A stretch of 35,025 nucleotides of DNA, taken from IMG/VR virus record IMGVR_UViG_3300028588_000787, positions 1 through 35,025 of that record, one strand, 5' to 3'. The notes beneath the pieces are model-generated. The model was not told the origin of the DNA. It ran no database searches and worked only from the letters and a program-made list of their open reading frames with translations. This document shows positions 1 through 8,807 of this stretch, piece after piece. This stretch comes from a virus. Lineage: Duplodnaviria; Caudoviricetes. The position numbers and the translations under genes were made by a program. Within the stretch, counting starts at the first letter, position 1. Every line of letters begins with the position of its first letter.

Positions 1-1335
1 ATGGTTGGTACATTAAATTTCGTTCTTCGCTCTCAGAAAACTTTAAAGAGTGGGCTGGTTCCGGTTTATTTGACGTATTCTATACACCGCGCAAGAATAT
101 TTTATTCACTGGATGCAGCTGTCTTTCCGGTGAACTGGGATGATGATAAGCGTCGTGCTCAATATCTTACGGACAAAGAAGCTAAGGCTGTGGGGATTAA
201 TAAATCACAGCTGCTTATGAGGTCTGAAGTTGATATAATCAATGATTCTATTCTCCAAGTGACTATGAAAATAGAAGCTATTGAAAGAAAGTTTTTAGCA
301 AACGAACAGGAATTCTCTTCTGAAATGGTGATCAACCAATTAAAAGGTAAACAGAGTGCTGTCACTAAAAAAGAGGAAAAGAAGGGCCTTGTTTTCGATT
401 GGATGGATAAGTATATCTCTGATCATGAAAGCATCCGCGAGAAGGGTAGCCTGACAGTTTACAAGTCTGTTAAAAATCACCTAAAAGCCTACCAGGAAGA
501 GACCGGTCATAAGGTTACATTTGAGACTATTGATAGTAATTTCTTCAAGTCTTTCCAAAAGTTCTTAATCAAACGGATAAAAACCGATAAGGCCGGTACT
601 GTATCGCCGATGCTAAATAACACAACCATTGCTAAGGCTTTAAGTACTTTGAAGACCTTCTTAGGATACGCTAAACAGAGTGGAATTGAGGTGTCAGATA
701 GTTACAGGGACTTTGCTATCCGAAAAGAGAAAACTGAAGTTATAGCCCTTACGCAAGAGGAGTTTGACAGCTTGCTTCATATGGACCTATCCGCAAATAA
801 GCGATTGGATAAAGTTCGGGATCTGTTTTGTTTTTCATGCTCTACAGGCTTTAGGCATAGTGATGTCACGCAGCTTAAGCGTGAGCATATCAAAGAAGGC
901 GAAATTAAGCTAACTGTTAAAAAAACGAAAACGGCCTTAATGGTCCCACTCAATGGAATTTCAGCCGCCATTTTGAATAAGTATTCAGGTCTCCAAAAGC
1001 CGCTGCCGGTGGCCAGTAATCAGTATGTAAATCGTGAGCTTAAAGTATTATGCAAACTTGCTGGGATCAATGAGCAGGTTGAGATTGTAAGGTTTCATGG
1101 AGCCAAACGCATTGCGATTAGTTACCCAAAGTTTGAATTGATACACTTCCATACCGGTCGTAAAACATTCTGTACGCTATCGCTTGAAAAAGGCATGGCA
1201 GCTCAGGATGTAATGGCCATATCAGGCCATACAGATTATAAAAGCTTTGCCAGGTATGTAAACGTTACCGAGAAGCGGAAAAAGGTTGTAATGCTAAAGG
1301 CTTGGGGAGAGGTGCCGATAATGAAAGCTATATAA
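1..1335 (+). CDS. int: Tyrosine recombinase/integrase (Bacteroidota arm-binding + SAM-like + catalytic domains)
   Basis: Catalytic residues GFRHSD (R), HTGR (HxxR), SGH (H), ARYV (Y); N-terminal PVYLTYS..RIFYSL..WD arm-binding pattern. Confidence 0.95.
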   Translation: MVGTLNFVLRSQKTLKSGLVPVYLTYSIHRARIFYSLDAAVFPVNWDDDKRRAQYLTDKEAKAVGINKSQLLMRSEVDIINDSILQVTMKIEAIERKFLANEQEFSSEMVINQLKGKQSAVTKKEEKKGLVFDWMDKYISDHESIREKGSLTVYKSVKNHLKAYQEETGHKVTFETIDSNFFKSFQKFLIKRIKTDKAGTVSPMLNNTTIAKALSTLKTFLGYAKQSGIEVSDSYRDFAIRKEKTEVIALTQEEFDSLLHMDLSANKRLDKVRDLFCFSCSTGFRHSDVTQLKREHIKEGEIKLTVKKTKTALMVPLNGISAAILNKYSGLQKPLPVASNQYVNRELKVLCKLAGINEQVEIVRFHGAKRIAISYPKFELIHFHTGRKTFCTLSLEKGMAAQDVMAISGHTDYKSFARYVNVTEKRKKVVMLKAWGEVPIMKAI

Positions 1336-1401
1336 CCTGAAAAGTCAATCGATACGAGTATTCCGTTACGCTCATTCTTGGGATATTGAATTTATATTTT
1401 T

Positions 1402-2394
1402 TTAATAAGTTGAACGTTTTAATTTTCCTTGATCGTCATACAACCCTTCACTAGCGTTGAGGTGTACGTCTGAATAATTTTCTCGTAAATCTAATTTCAT
1501 TGTTACTTGCGGGGGTCTCCCTTTCCATAATATTTCATCTTCATCACCAATCTCGTTCGCGTAGTCGTGAAATTGTAACTCGTAACCTTTCTCTTCAGAA
1601 AAACCAATTATTTCCACCCAAGTTGCGCTTGAAAACTTCATCTTGTTTAATGATTTTTCATAAATAGCGATATTGTCCGAATTGAATCCTCCTGGGATAG
1701 ATGGATACATGATTCCATCTGATTGATCTTTAAACCCTAATGCATTTGCATATGCGTTTGTTAACTTATAAAGGTAATTTTCATCTTCAGAAACGACTTG
1801 ACAGAAATCGTCAGCAATTAATTCTTGTATGTATTTCTGAATTATATAGTTATATTTTTTTCTGCCTTTCATCCATTCAAAGGATGTGTAACGAGGTAAC
1901 TTTCTTTTAGAATTTTTCTGCTCGAAATGGCGTTCCGAAAATCCTACTACTCCAACTCTAAGTTGATGTGTATTAAACCAGGAACTCAAAACAAAATAGT
2001 CTCCAATTCTTGCATTTAATTCTTTATATGGTCCCCCTGGACTATTTGATGTATAGAAGACAAGTTCGCCCTCCAGATTGACCCTATTTAGCCGTCGATT
2101 GGGATTGCAACCCAAGAATGAGAATGTTGCCGGTTTATTATCCTTCCCATAAGGTATAGCTCGATAGAAAGTATCATGTTCTTGTATACCTACTAATATT
2201 TGAGTATAGTTTCCTCTTAAAAAATTCCTAACTCTTTCTTCTATCACTTCTGGGTTAGCTTTCTCAAAATCCAATTGGTGAAGCTCATTATATTTAAACA
2301 ATACGTCGTCTTCACTAATTTGTGTTTTGTTTCCTTCAATGCGTCTAAGGTTGCCAAACAGATCTATTAGCTTTTGTAAATACTTTTTCATCAA
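1402..2394 (-). CDS. RES-domain protein (putative NAD+-consuming toxin/defence protein)
   Basis: FYRAI, NRVNLEGELVFYTS..E and DGIMYPS..NIAI match the R-E-S pattern; AT-rich and convergent on the integrase. Confidence 0.75.
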   Translation of the reverse strand: MMKKYLQKLIDLFGNLRRIEGNKTQISEDDVLFKYNELHQLDFEKANPEVIEERVRNFLRGNYTQILVGIQEHDTFYRAIPYGKDNKPATFSFLGCNPNRRLNRVNLEGELVFYTSNSPGGPYKELNARIGDYFVLSSWFNTHQLRVGVVGFSERHFEQKNSKRKLPRYTSFEWMKGRKKYNYIIQKYIQELIADDFCQVVSEDENYLYKLTNAYANALGFKDQSDGIMYPSIPGGFNSDNIAIYEKSLNKMKFSSATWVEIIGFSEEKGYELQFHDYANEIGDEDEILWKGRPPQVTMKLDLRENYSDVHLNASEGLYDDQGKLKRSTY

Positions 2395-2594
2395 TTGAAT
2401 ATATTGTTTTTTATTGCTTATTAGAGGATTAAAAAAATTGAGCAGTGACTAGCATTGCATTTGTCGGTAGACGAAGAGGAAGTTTACACTATTGGCCAAT
2501 TTTGCGCCGAATTTCTTATTTTATCCTTGGTTTTAGTTCCTTATTTATGCGAGAAAAGGAATTTTTTTGGACAAAAAATGATAAAAATCGCGGA

Positions 2595-2800
2595 CTTAGT
2601 GTAAGTAGCTCATTTGAACGATATACTATTTTAATGTATTTATAACCGTTAGGTACTAATGTGTATTCATGAGTGATGTATAATGTTATGTACGGTTATA
2701 ATGATTAACAAAAAAAAATATTTTTTTTGTACACTAAGTGACTTTTGAACCCCTATAAATCCTCGTGAATGATTTGAACTTCATAGTTCGATACACTAAG
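2595..2800. promoter_or_regulatory. Three TACACTAAG boxes, candidate operators
   Basis: Exact 9-mers at 2595-2603 (inverted), 2730-2738 and 2792-2800 in the divergent intergenic region. Confidence 0.45.
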
Positions 2801-2903
2801 CATGAATTTGTCCCTCTTTGCTAAGTTTTTTTACTCACCCATTTAAAGGCCTTGTTTTTAGCTGTAATCATCCTTATTTTAGTAATGTTAAACATAAGTA
2901 AAT

Positions 2904-3197
2904 ATGGATAGTGCATTAACTAATGTGGCGAATCTTAGTGAAAGTCTAAACACTATGTCTTTGCTGAGTAGTCAAATTTCTAAAACGAAATCGGACCTTC
3001 AAGAATTATCGAAATCAATCGAACGGCAACAGGCGCAATTTTTAAAGGACACTTTAAATGCTAAAGAGGCTTGTGAAGCATTAGGGATTACTGAACCCAC
3101 TTTAATTAAGCGGAGGAATGCAGGGCTTATTCCATATGTAAAATTGGGCCGCAATTTTTACTATTTAAAACCGGAGGCCGCTTTATGCTCCAAATAA
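2904..3197 (+). CDS. HTH_17/excisionase-like DNA-binding protein with N-terminal coiled coil
   Basis: LNAKEACEALGITEPTLIKRRNAGLIPYVKLGRNFYY is a MerR/Xis-type HTH. Confidence 0.85.
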   Translation: MDSALTNVANLSESLNTMSLLSSQISKTKSDLQELSKSIERQQAQFLKDTLNAKEACEALGITEPTLIKRRNAGLIPYVKLGRNFYYLKPEAALCSK

Positions 3198-3466
3198 TTC
3201 ATGACCGCGAAGACATTAAGGCGCTGGCCGCCGAAATGTATCGATTAGCTGCCGACCATTTGCAATCAACACCTATTGAAACAAAGCCGGATATAATGGC
3301 CGGCGAGCAAGTGTGCGAAAAACTTGGCATTTCAATTCAAACGCTTAACATTTGGCGTAAAAAAGGTAAAGTCCCTTTTCTCCAGATCGGCTCTGCTATC
3401 CGTTATGATTTTAACAAAGTTGTGTCCGCACTTGAGGTTCTTAAAAAGAAAAGTACCACCAAATAA
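3185..3466 (+). CDS. HTH_17/excisionase-like DNA-binding protein
   Basis: EQVCEKLGISIQTLNIWRKKGKVPFLQIGSAIRY. Confidence 0.88.
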   Translation: MLQIIHDREDIKALAAEMYRLAADHLQSTPIETKPDIMAGEQVCEKLGISIQTLNIWRKKGKVPFLQIGSAIRYDFNKVVSALEVLKKKSTTK

Positions 3467-3658
3467 TTGTGTCTCATATGGTAACTAATAGATTGTCCTA
3501 TTGCTTTTCAGCTTTAAAGCTATCTCTTAAATTAACTGAAGTAACGATGATGTTTTGCGACAAATTATAACAAACGTGGTGTAAGAGAATAATTGCCTTA
3601 ATCAGTTTAAGGGTCCACTAATGCTCTATTACTTTTCTTAATTAATAACTGTAAATCA

Positions 3659-3976
3659 ATGTTCAGGAGTAATTTCAACAAACCTGCTAGGCAAAAACAA
3701 ACTATCAGGGGGCTTTTCAGTGAAGCGACTAAGTCTGTGGGCGTGTTGTACCTGGTTAAACTTGGTATGCTAGAATATAAGCTTTGTTGCATCATTAAAG
3801 ACAAACGTGAGCCGGTGTCAATATTAAGGCTATTTAAGTTAAGTGGAAGCCATTTATACATATTTTCAAGAGCGTTGCGCAATATAGAGAGCCGCGGGTG
3901 GGTGAGAGTAATCTACCACAAGGATGGGCTTAAATACTTCGTGCCATATAACTGGAAAGGGTTGACTCATGAGTAA
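3659..3976 (+). CDS. Hypothetical basic protein, possibly winged-helix
   Basis: In operon, overlaps the next start; RALRNIESRGWV is wHTH-like. Confidence 0.5.
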   Translation: MFRSNFNKPARQKQTIRGLFSEATKSVGVLYLVKLGMLEYKLCCIIKDKREPVSILRLFKLSGSHLYIFSRALRNIESRGWVRVIYHKDGLKYFVPYNWKGLTHE

Positions 3977-4742
3977 GGAAACCTATTTCTTTTCTCATGA
4001 CTACCATGCTCGCAATGATCCTAAATTGCAAAAGGTACTTATGCGATTAGGGCAGGAAGGCATTGGTGTTTACTGGTGTTTGATTGAAATGTGTTTTGAA
4101 GAGGGAGGATACTTGCTCATAACTGAAATAGAAAGTTATGCGTTCGCATTGCGGACGAATGCAAATTGCATTATATCTCTAATCAATGACTTTGGCCTAT
4201 TTGAAAAAACTGACACTAGATTTTGGTCAGAAAGTGCACTTCGCCGTCTTAATTTAAGACGAGAGAAGTCTGAAAAGGCCACCGCATCTGCTAACAAACG
4301 CTGGCAGAAACCGGCACCAACCTTAAAAAGCGAAAATGCGAACGCATCAAATATTGATACGAACGCATTGCAACCGCAATCCGATAGCAATGCTATAAAG
4401 GAAAGTAAAGGAAAGGAAAGTAAAAGAAATACTAATAATACGCCAACAGAGTTGGCTGTAGCCGTTATTGATTATTTGAATACTTCAGCCAGTAAAAATT
4501 ACAAAGCGAATAGCAAGAATACCCTGGCCGCTATAAACGCCCGGGTAAACGAGGGCTATGTGCTAGATGACTTCAAAAAAGTTATTTCCGGAAAATCGGC
4601 ACAATGGAAAAATGATCCGGCGCGCGAAATATACTTACGGCCTGAGACTCTTTTTGGTAACAAATTCGAAGGTTATTTAAACGAACGAGGAATTCAAGTC
4701 AGGGAAGCCGGCGAATACAGAAAATCAAGATTAGTAACCTAG
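3969..4742 (+). CDS. Phage replication initiator (DUF4373/Lin1244-like N-terminus, conserved phage C-terminal domain)
   Basis: YFFSHDYHARNDPKL..GIGVYWCLIE at the N-terminus; YLRPETLFGNKFEGYLNE at the C-terminus; KESKGKESK linker; precedes the helicase. Confidence 0.85.
   Translation: MSKETYFFSHDYHARNDPKLQKVLMRLGQEGIGVYWCLIEMCFEEGGYLLITEIESYAFALRTNANCIISLINDFGLFEKTDTRFWSESALRRLNLRREKSEKATASANKRWQKPAPTLKSENANASNIDTNALQPQSDSNAIKESKGKESKRNTNNTPTELAVAVIDYLNTSASKNYKANSKNTLAAINARVNEGYVLDDFKKVISGKSAQWKNDPAREIYLRPETLFGNKFEGYLNERGIQVREAGEYRKSRLVT
4138..4430. repeat. Candidate iterons/origin inside the initiator gene
   Basis: ATGCGAACGCAT 4336-4347, ATACGAACGCAT 4357-4368, inverted copy ATGCGTTCGCAT 4138-4149, then a purine-rich tract at ~4398-4430. 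Confidence 0.5.
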
Positions 4743-4747
4743 CCAGT

Positions 4748-6517
4748 ATGGAAAAACCGAATAAAACTCTATTAGAAGAGCTGGGAATAGAACTTAAGCG
4801 TGATGCCGGCACTGTAAAGGTCAAATGTCCGAAATGCTCACACGACCGAAAGAAAAAGAATGACCCATGTTTAAGCGTAAATATTGATGAGGGTAACTAT
4901 AAATGTCACAATTGTGACTGGAAAGGCCATGTAAGCAACAAGCCAGTGTTTGAAAAAAAGGAATATATTATACCTGTTTATAATAACCGAACAGATCTTC
5001 CTAAGCAGGTTGTTGATTGGTTTTTTACTAGGGGCATTGGTCAGCAAACACTCATTGATCTGAAAATTACAGCCGGACCCGAATACATGCCTCAAACGCA
5101 AAAGCATGAAAACACTATTCAGTTTAATTACTTCCGCGATGAAAAATTAATTAACGTAAAGTATCGTGATGGCCGAAAGAACTTCAAGCTTGTAAAGGAT
5201 GCAGAACTAATATTTTACAACCTCAACAGCATAAAGGGTGCTACCGAATGTATAATCACAGAGGGTGAGATTGACACTCTTTCATGGCATGAAACAGAAT
5301 ACCGCGCTATCGTTAGCGTGCCAAATGGAGCAAGCAAGAATCAAAAGCTTGAATACCTGGATAATTGTTATCAGTATTTTGATGGGATAAAGAAAATTTA
5401 CTTGTCAACCGATGATGATGAGCGTGGGCATGATCTTAGGGATGAGCTTTGTAGGAGGCTGGGGACTGAAAGGTGCTTTCAGGTCAGTTATAACGGCTTG
5501 AAGGATGCTAATGAGTATTTATGCCAGCATGGCAAAGACAAACTCTTACAGCTTTTAAAAAGCGCTACTGATTTTCCGATAACAGGTGTGTTTACGTTGG
5601 CAGACTGCGAAGCATCCTTAGACGATTATTTTTACAATGGCTTACCCAATACTGATTTAACAGGCGATGTTCAGCTTGACGAGCATATTCGGTTTATGCC
5701 TGGTGAACTAACCATCATTACCGGTATACCATCGCATGGAAAATCAAGCTTACTAGAGCAAATCAGTTTAAAGCTTTGCATAAATGCAGGATGGACTTTT
5801 GCCGCATTTTCTCCGGAAAGTTATCCTGCCCAATTTTATCATGCAAGATTGATTAAGAAAATTACAGGTAAACCATTCAACAGTGCGGAAATCTCTCAAA
5901 GCGAGTATCAGTATGCTAAGGAATGGATCAATGGTAGATTTAATATGATTCTACCACATGATGAAGGTTTTAGCATTGATGTGATACTGGATAAGGCAAG
6001 GCAGCTCGTATTACGTAAAGGAATAAAGGGGTTAATCATTGATCCATGGAACCGTATTGAAAGCACTATTCAAAACGGCTATAATGAGGGGAAATTTACA
6101 ATTGAACAATTGACTAAGATCGTAAATTTTAACCAGCGTACCGGTGTGCACACTTTCCTTGTTGCGCATCCTACGAAGCAACAAAAAGACAAAGACGGAA
6201 TCAATTATACAATACCTAATTTATACAGCATATCAGGCAGCGCCCACTTCTTTAATATCACCCAGAACGGCATGACGGTATTCAGGAATGATGAAACCGG
6301 CTTGACAGAACTGCACATTCAGAAAGTAAAGTGGGAGGCCCTTGGAAAGAAGGGTACGGTAGATTACCGTTTTGATGAGCGTAGCACCAGGCTTTACCAT
6401 GCCGGTGATCAATGGCCAGATAATAGCAGCTGGCTAAATAGTATTACTAACAAACAAGATGCAGTAAATGAGAGCATCGCCATAAGTGCTAAGGAAGGAG
6501 GTGATCCACCCTTTTGA
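4748..6517 (+). CDS. Bifunctional primase-helicase (Zn finger + TOPRIM + SF4 helicase; Twinkle/T7 gp4-like)
   Basis: CPKC..CHNC, TEGEID, STDDDERG, KDANE, Walker A GIPSHGKS, IIDPWN, LVAHP. Confidence 0.93.
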   Translation: MEKPNKTLLEELGIELKRDAGTVKVKCPKCSHDRKKKNDPCLSVNIDEGNYKCHNCDWKGHVSNKPVFEKKEYIIPVYNNRTDLPKQVVDWFFTRGIGQQTLIDLKITAGPEYMPQTQKHENTIQFNYFRDEKLINVKYRDGRKNFKLVKDAELIFYNLNSIKGATECIITEGEIDTLSWHETEYRAIVSVPNGASKNQKLEYLDNCYQYFDGIKKIYLSTDDDERGHDLRDELCRRLGTERCFQVSYNGLKDANEYLCQHGKDKLLQLLKSATDFPITGVFTLADCEASLDDYFYNGLPNTDLTGDVQLDEHIRFMPGELTIITGIPSHGKSSLLEQISLKLCINAGWTFAAFSPESYPAQFYHARLIKKITGKPFNSAEISQSEYQYAKEWINGRFNMILPHDEGFSIDVILDKARQLVLRKGIKGLIIDPWNRIESTIQNGYNEGKFTIEQLTKIVNFNQRTGVHTFLVAHPTKQQKDKDGINYTIPNLYSISGSAHFFNITQNGMTVFRNDETGLTELHIQKVKWEALGKKGTVDYRFDERSTRLYHAGDQWPDNSSWLNSITNKQDAVNESIAISAKEGGDPPF

Positions 6518-6588
6518 ATTTTAAGCAGTACAAATCCATACGTAATGACCATTTTTTCAAATCATAATTTTTATCAAACGATAGCAAA

Positions 6589-6744
6589 ATGTCAAAACAA
6601 ACAGTAATGAACGGTAATGGCCGTTCAGAGAAGGACATCTTTCAACAAGAGATTCTGAATGTAAAAGCAAACCGGTACATGACAGCTCGCGAGAAAGATC
6701 TCAAGATAAAACAATTAGAAAAACTTATAAAACCAAAGAACTAA
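6589..6744 (+). CDS. Small hypothetical protein, 51 aa (MSKQTVMNGNG..KPKN); not in ORF track
   Basis: Open frame whose TAA overlaps the next ATG (TAATG coupling). Confidence 0.6.
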   Translation: MSKQTVMNGNGRSEKDIFQQEILNVKANRYMTAREKDLKIKQLEKLIKPKN

Positions 6745-7160
6745 TGATACAAACCACTTTTCGCCATATAGCAGCTGAAAGACTAAAAGAGATTGATCCG
6801 GAAAGTTATGAGGAATTAGAGAAACTGGTTAATCCACCAATAATCGATTTAGATCTGCTACCAAAGGTAATTAGTGATATAACCAATATAGTTGCTGTTA
6901 ATCCTGAAAATTCACCTTTCATATTGGCAGTTGTTTATTATCTGTATGCTCCTCATAAGCTGCATTTCAAAACTGGCCGATGCCGTAACGGAATTAGGCA
7001 AATAATCTGTACTGCCTTAAAGTGGAACGATAGACCAGTCGTAAATTATTACCTGGACATAATGTTCATTTACTACAAAAATCCACGATGGGCTGCAAAG
7101 GTTAAAGAAATGGCAGATACAATTTTGAAGCAAATAATTACCTACGAAAATGGAAAGTAA
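6744..7160 (+). CDS. Hypothetical protein
   Basis: 138-aa ORF overlapping both neighbours. Confidence 0.7.
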   Translation: MIQTTFRHIAAERLKEIDPESYEELEKLVNPPIIDLDLLPKVISDITNIVAVNPENSPFILAVVYYLYAPHKLHFKTGRCRNGIRQIICTALKWNDRPVVNYYLDIMFIYYKNPRWAAKVKEMADTILKQIITYENGK

Positions 7161-7906
7161 CCTTACTGGTAAACAAGAAAAGTTCTGCCGAGAATACATT
7201 AAAGATTTTAATGCAACTGCAGCTGCTAAGCGGGCTGGCTATTCAATTAAAATGGCGTATTCAACTGGATGGGAAAACACGAAAAAACCCGAAGTAAAAG
7301 AAAAAATAGCAGAACTGCTTAAGGAATCGAGCATGCAGCCTGATGAGATTAAGAAAAGGCTTACTGACATGGGTCGCGGCGACTTGAGCGACTATATCAT
7401 AGTAAGGCCAATGCCCACACACCCCAAAAGTTAAGAAAGGCTTACAGGAGCTTATTGATACCATGAAATTGGAGATTGCTTTTGAAGATGCGTTTGCAAT
7501 TGAAGCGGCTCTTAAAGAGAAGGAATTGGAGCAGCATGAGAAAGGGCAGCAACAGCGCCGCCGTCAGCTTATAAGGTATAAACTGGAGCTTGAAAATAAT
7601 CCCAATGCTTTTCGAATAGTTAATGGACCTACTGAACTGATAGAGCAAGCTGAACTTAATATTGTTGCCATTAGCCGGGATAAGGAGAAAGGTAAAATTA
7701 AGTCGTTCAAGCAAACTAAAGACGGTATACAGGTGGAACTATATCCTGCTGATGCTGCTCTTACTGCCCTTGCCAGGGTATACGCAATGTTCACTGATAA
7801 AACCGAGATTGATTTCAAGAAGAAATTTGACGGGCTTACAGACGAGCAGCTCGACGAACTGATGGATGCGGTTATTGAAAAGTTAGAAACCTCTGAAAAA
7901 CAATAA
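7150..7906 (+). pseudogene. terS: Terminase small subunit, split by a 1-nt insertion at ~7414-7416 (ORFs 7150-7434 and 7463-7906)
   Basis: LTGKQEKFCREYIKDFNATAAAKRAGYS is the TerS N-terminus. Removing one C from ATGCCCACAC gives PHTPKVKKGLQELIDTMKLEI, continuing to IQVELYPADAALTALAR, a TerS-like C-terminus. May be a sequencing error. Confidence 0.8.
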
Positions 7907-7907
7907 T

Positions 7908-8150
7908 ATGCCAACAAGAGAACAGAAAATCGCGATTCTCGTAAAGCTCTACAAAGGCGAAATTAATCCTAATGATTTAAAGCCTAAGCGTCTCTGCATG
8001 GCGATCGGTTACAGCGTTCAGCCCATTTACATGATCAACGAGGTTAAGGCAAGCGAGGAAGAGCATTGGAAGTTGGCAAAGGTCCAGGTGGAAGATACCG
8101 GTACAAAGGCGTGCATTGTTACTTATGGAAATTACGAAAAGTTCACTTAA
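7908..8150 (+). CDS. Hypothetical protein
   Basis: 80-aa ORF starting 1 nt after the terS stop. Confidence 0.6.
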   Translation: MPTREQKIAILVKLYKGEINPNDLKPKRLCMAIGYSVQPIYMINEVKASEEEHWKLAKVQVEDTGTKACIVTYGNYEKFT

Positions 8151-8207
8151 GGCACAAGTATATGCTTAGAATTATGTCCAACTTATCATACAAAATTATG
8201 TATTGTT

Positions 8208-8306
8208 CTGGGTTCAAGTCCTACTGACTCCTAATAAATGTGCCATTATTGCTTATATAAGGCATATTTAATCATTTGTTAAAATTAGGTATCACAATAG
8301 GTATCA
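8208..8306 (+). other. Internal att-like site: tRNA T-arm-like relic, hairpin and tandem arm-type boxes
   Basis: GGGTTCAAGTCC; hairpin 8236-8269; AGGTATCACAATAGGTATCA (8287-8306) is the exact reverse complement of 33595-33614. Confidence 0.6.
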
Positions 8307-8326
8307 ATTAATCAATCATTAGTAAT

Positions 8327-8602
8327 ATGCAACATTTTTCAAAAGATTTAAAATTCAATAATAAGTTAGCTCTAGACCTCTTCAAGTCAGGAGTAGAGAA
8401 TAACTTAATACAGTCTGATAACCTATTAGAGACCACAAAAGTGCTAATAGAAAGCCATTGCGATGCACTACAATACATCGCGCATTTACTTGAAGACAAT
8501 GAACAACTGCATGCGGAGGTTGAAAGCCTTAAAGGCGATAACTTTATAAGAAAGATAACGCTCAAGGCTGCCAGCTTCATACAGAAAGTTTTAGGCCGTT
8601 AA
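8327..8602 (+). CDS. Hypothetical coiled-coil protein
   Basis: 91-aa ORF with AT-rich leader. Confidence 0.55.
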   Translation: MQHFSKDLKFNNKLALDLFKSGVENNLIQSDNLLETTKVLIESHCDALQYIAHLLEDNEQLHAEVESLKGDNFIRKITLKAASFIQKVLGR

Positions 8603-8807
8603 CCAGCTGGCCCGAATCAACACGAACGCCACCGCTGTCAATAACATGGTACACATGCATGAGGTTTGGAATATGAAGTGGGCCGTATTTTATAACCACG
8701 ACACCAATTATTCAACGATGTGTAAGAACGCGAATGATGATGCACCGTATTCTAAGACTTTATCAAATTTAAAACGAAAAATTTGAGGTTTAAATCACCT
8801 TGTTCGA

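Noticed and set aside
2445-2645. 66-aa ORF with GTG start
   Set aside because: Lies in the AT-rich divergent promoter region, overlaps an operator-like box and has no protein features.
8208-8232. A second tRNA gene
   Set aside because: Only a degenerate T-arm; no D or anticodon arm. Kept as an att-like relic.
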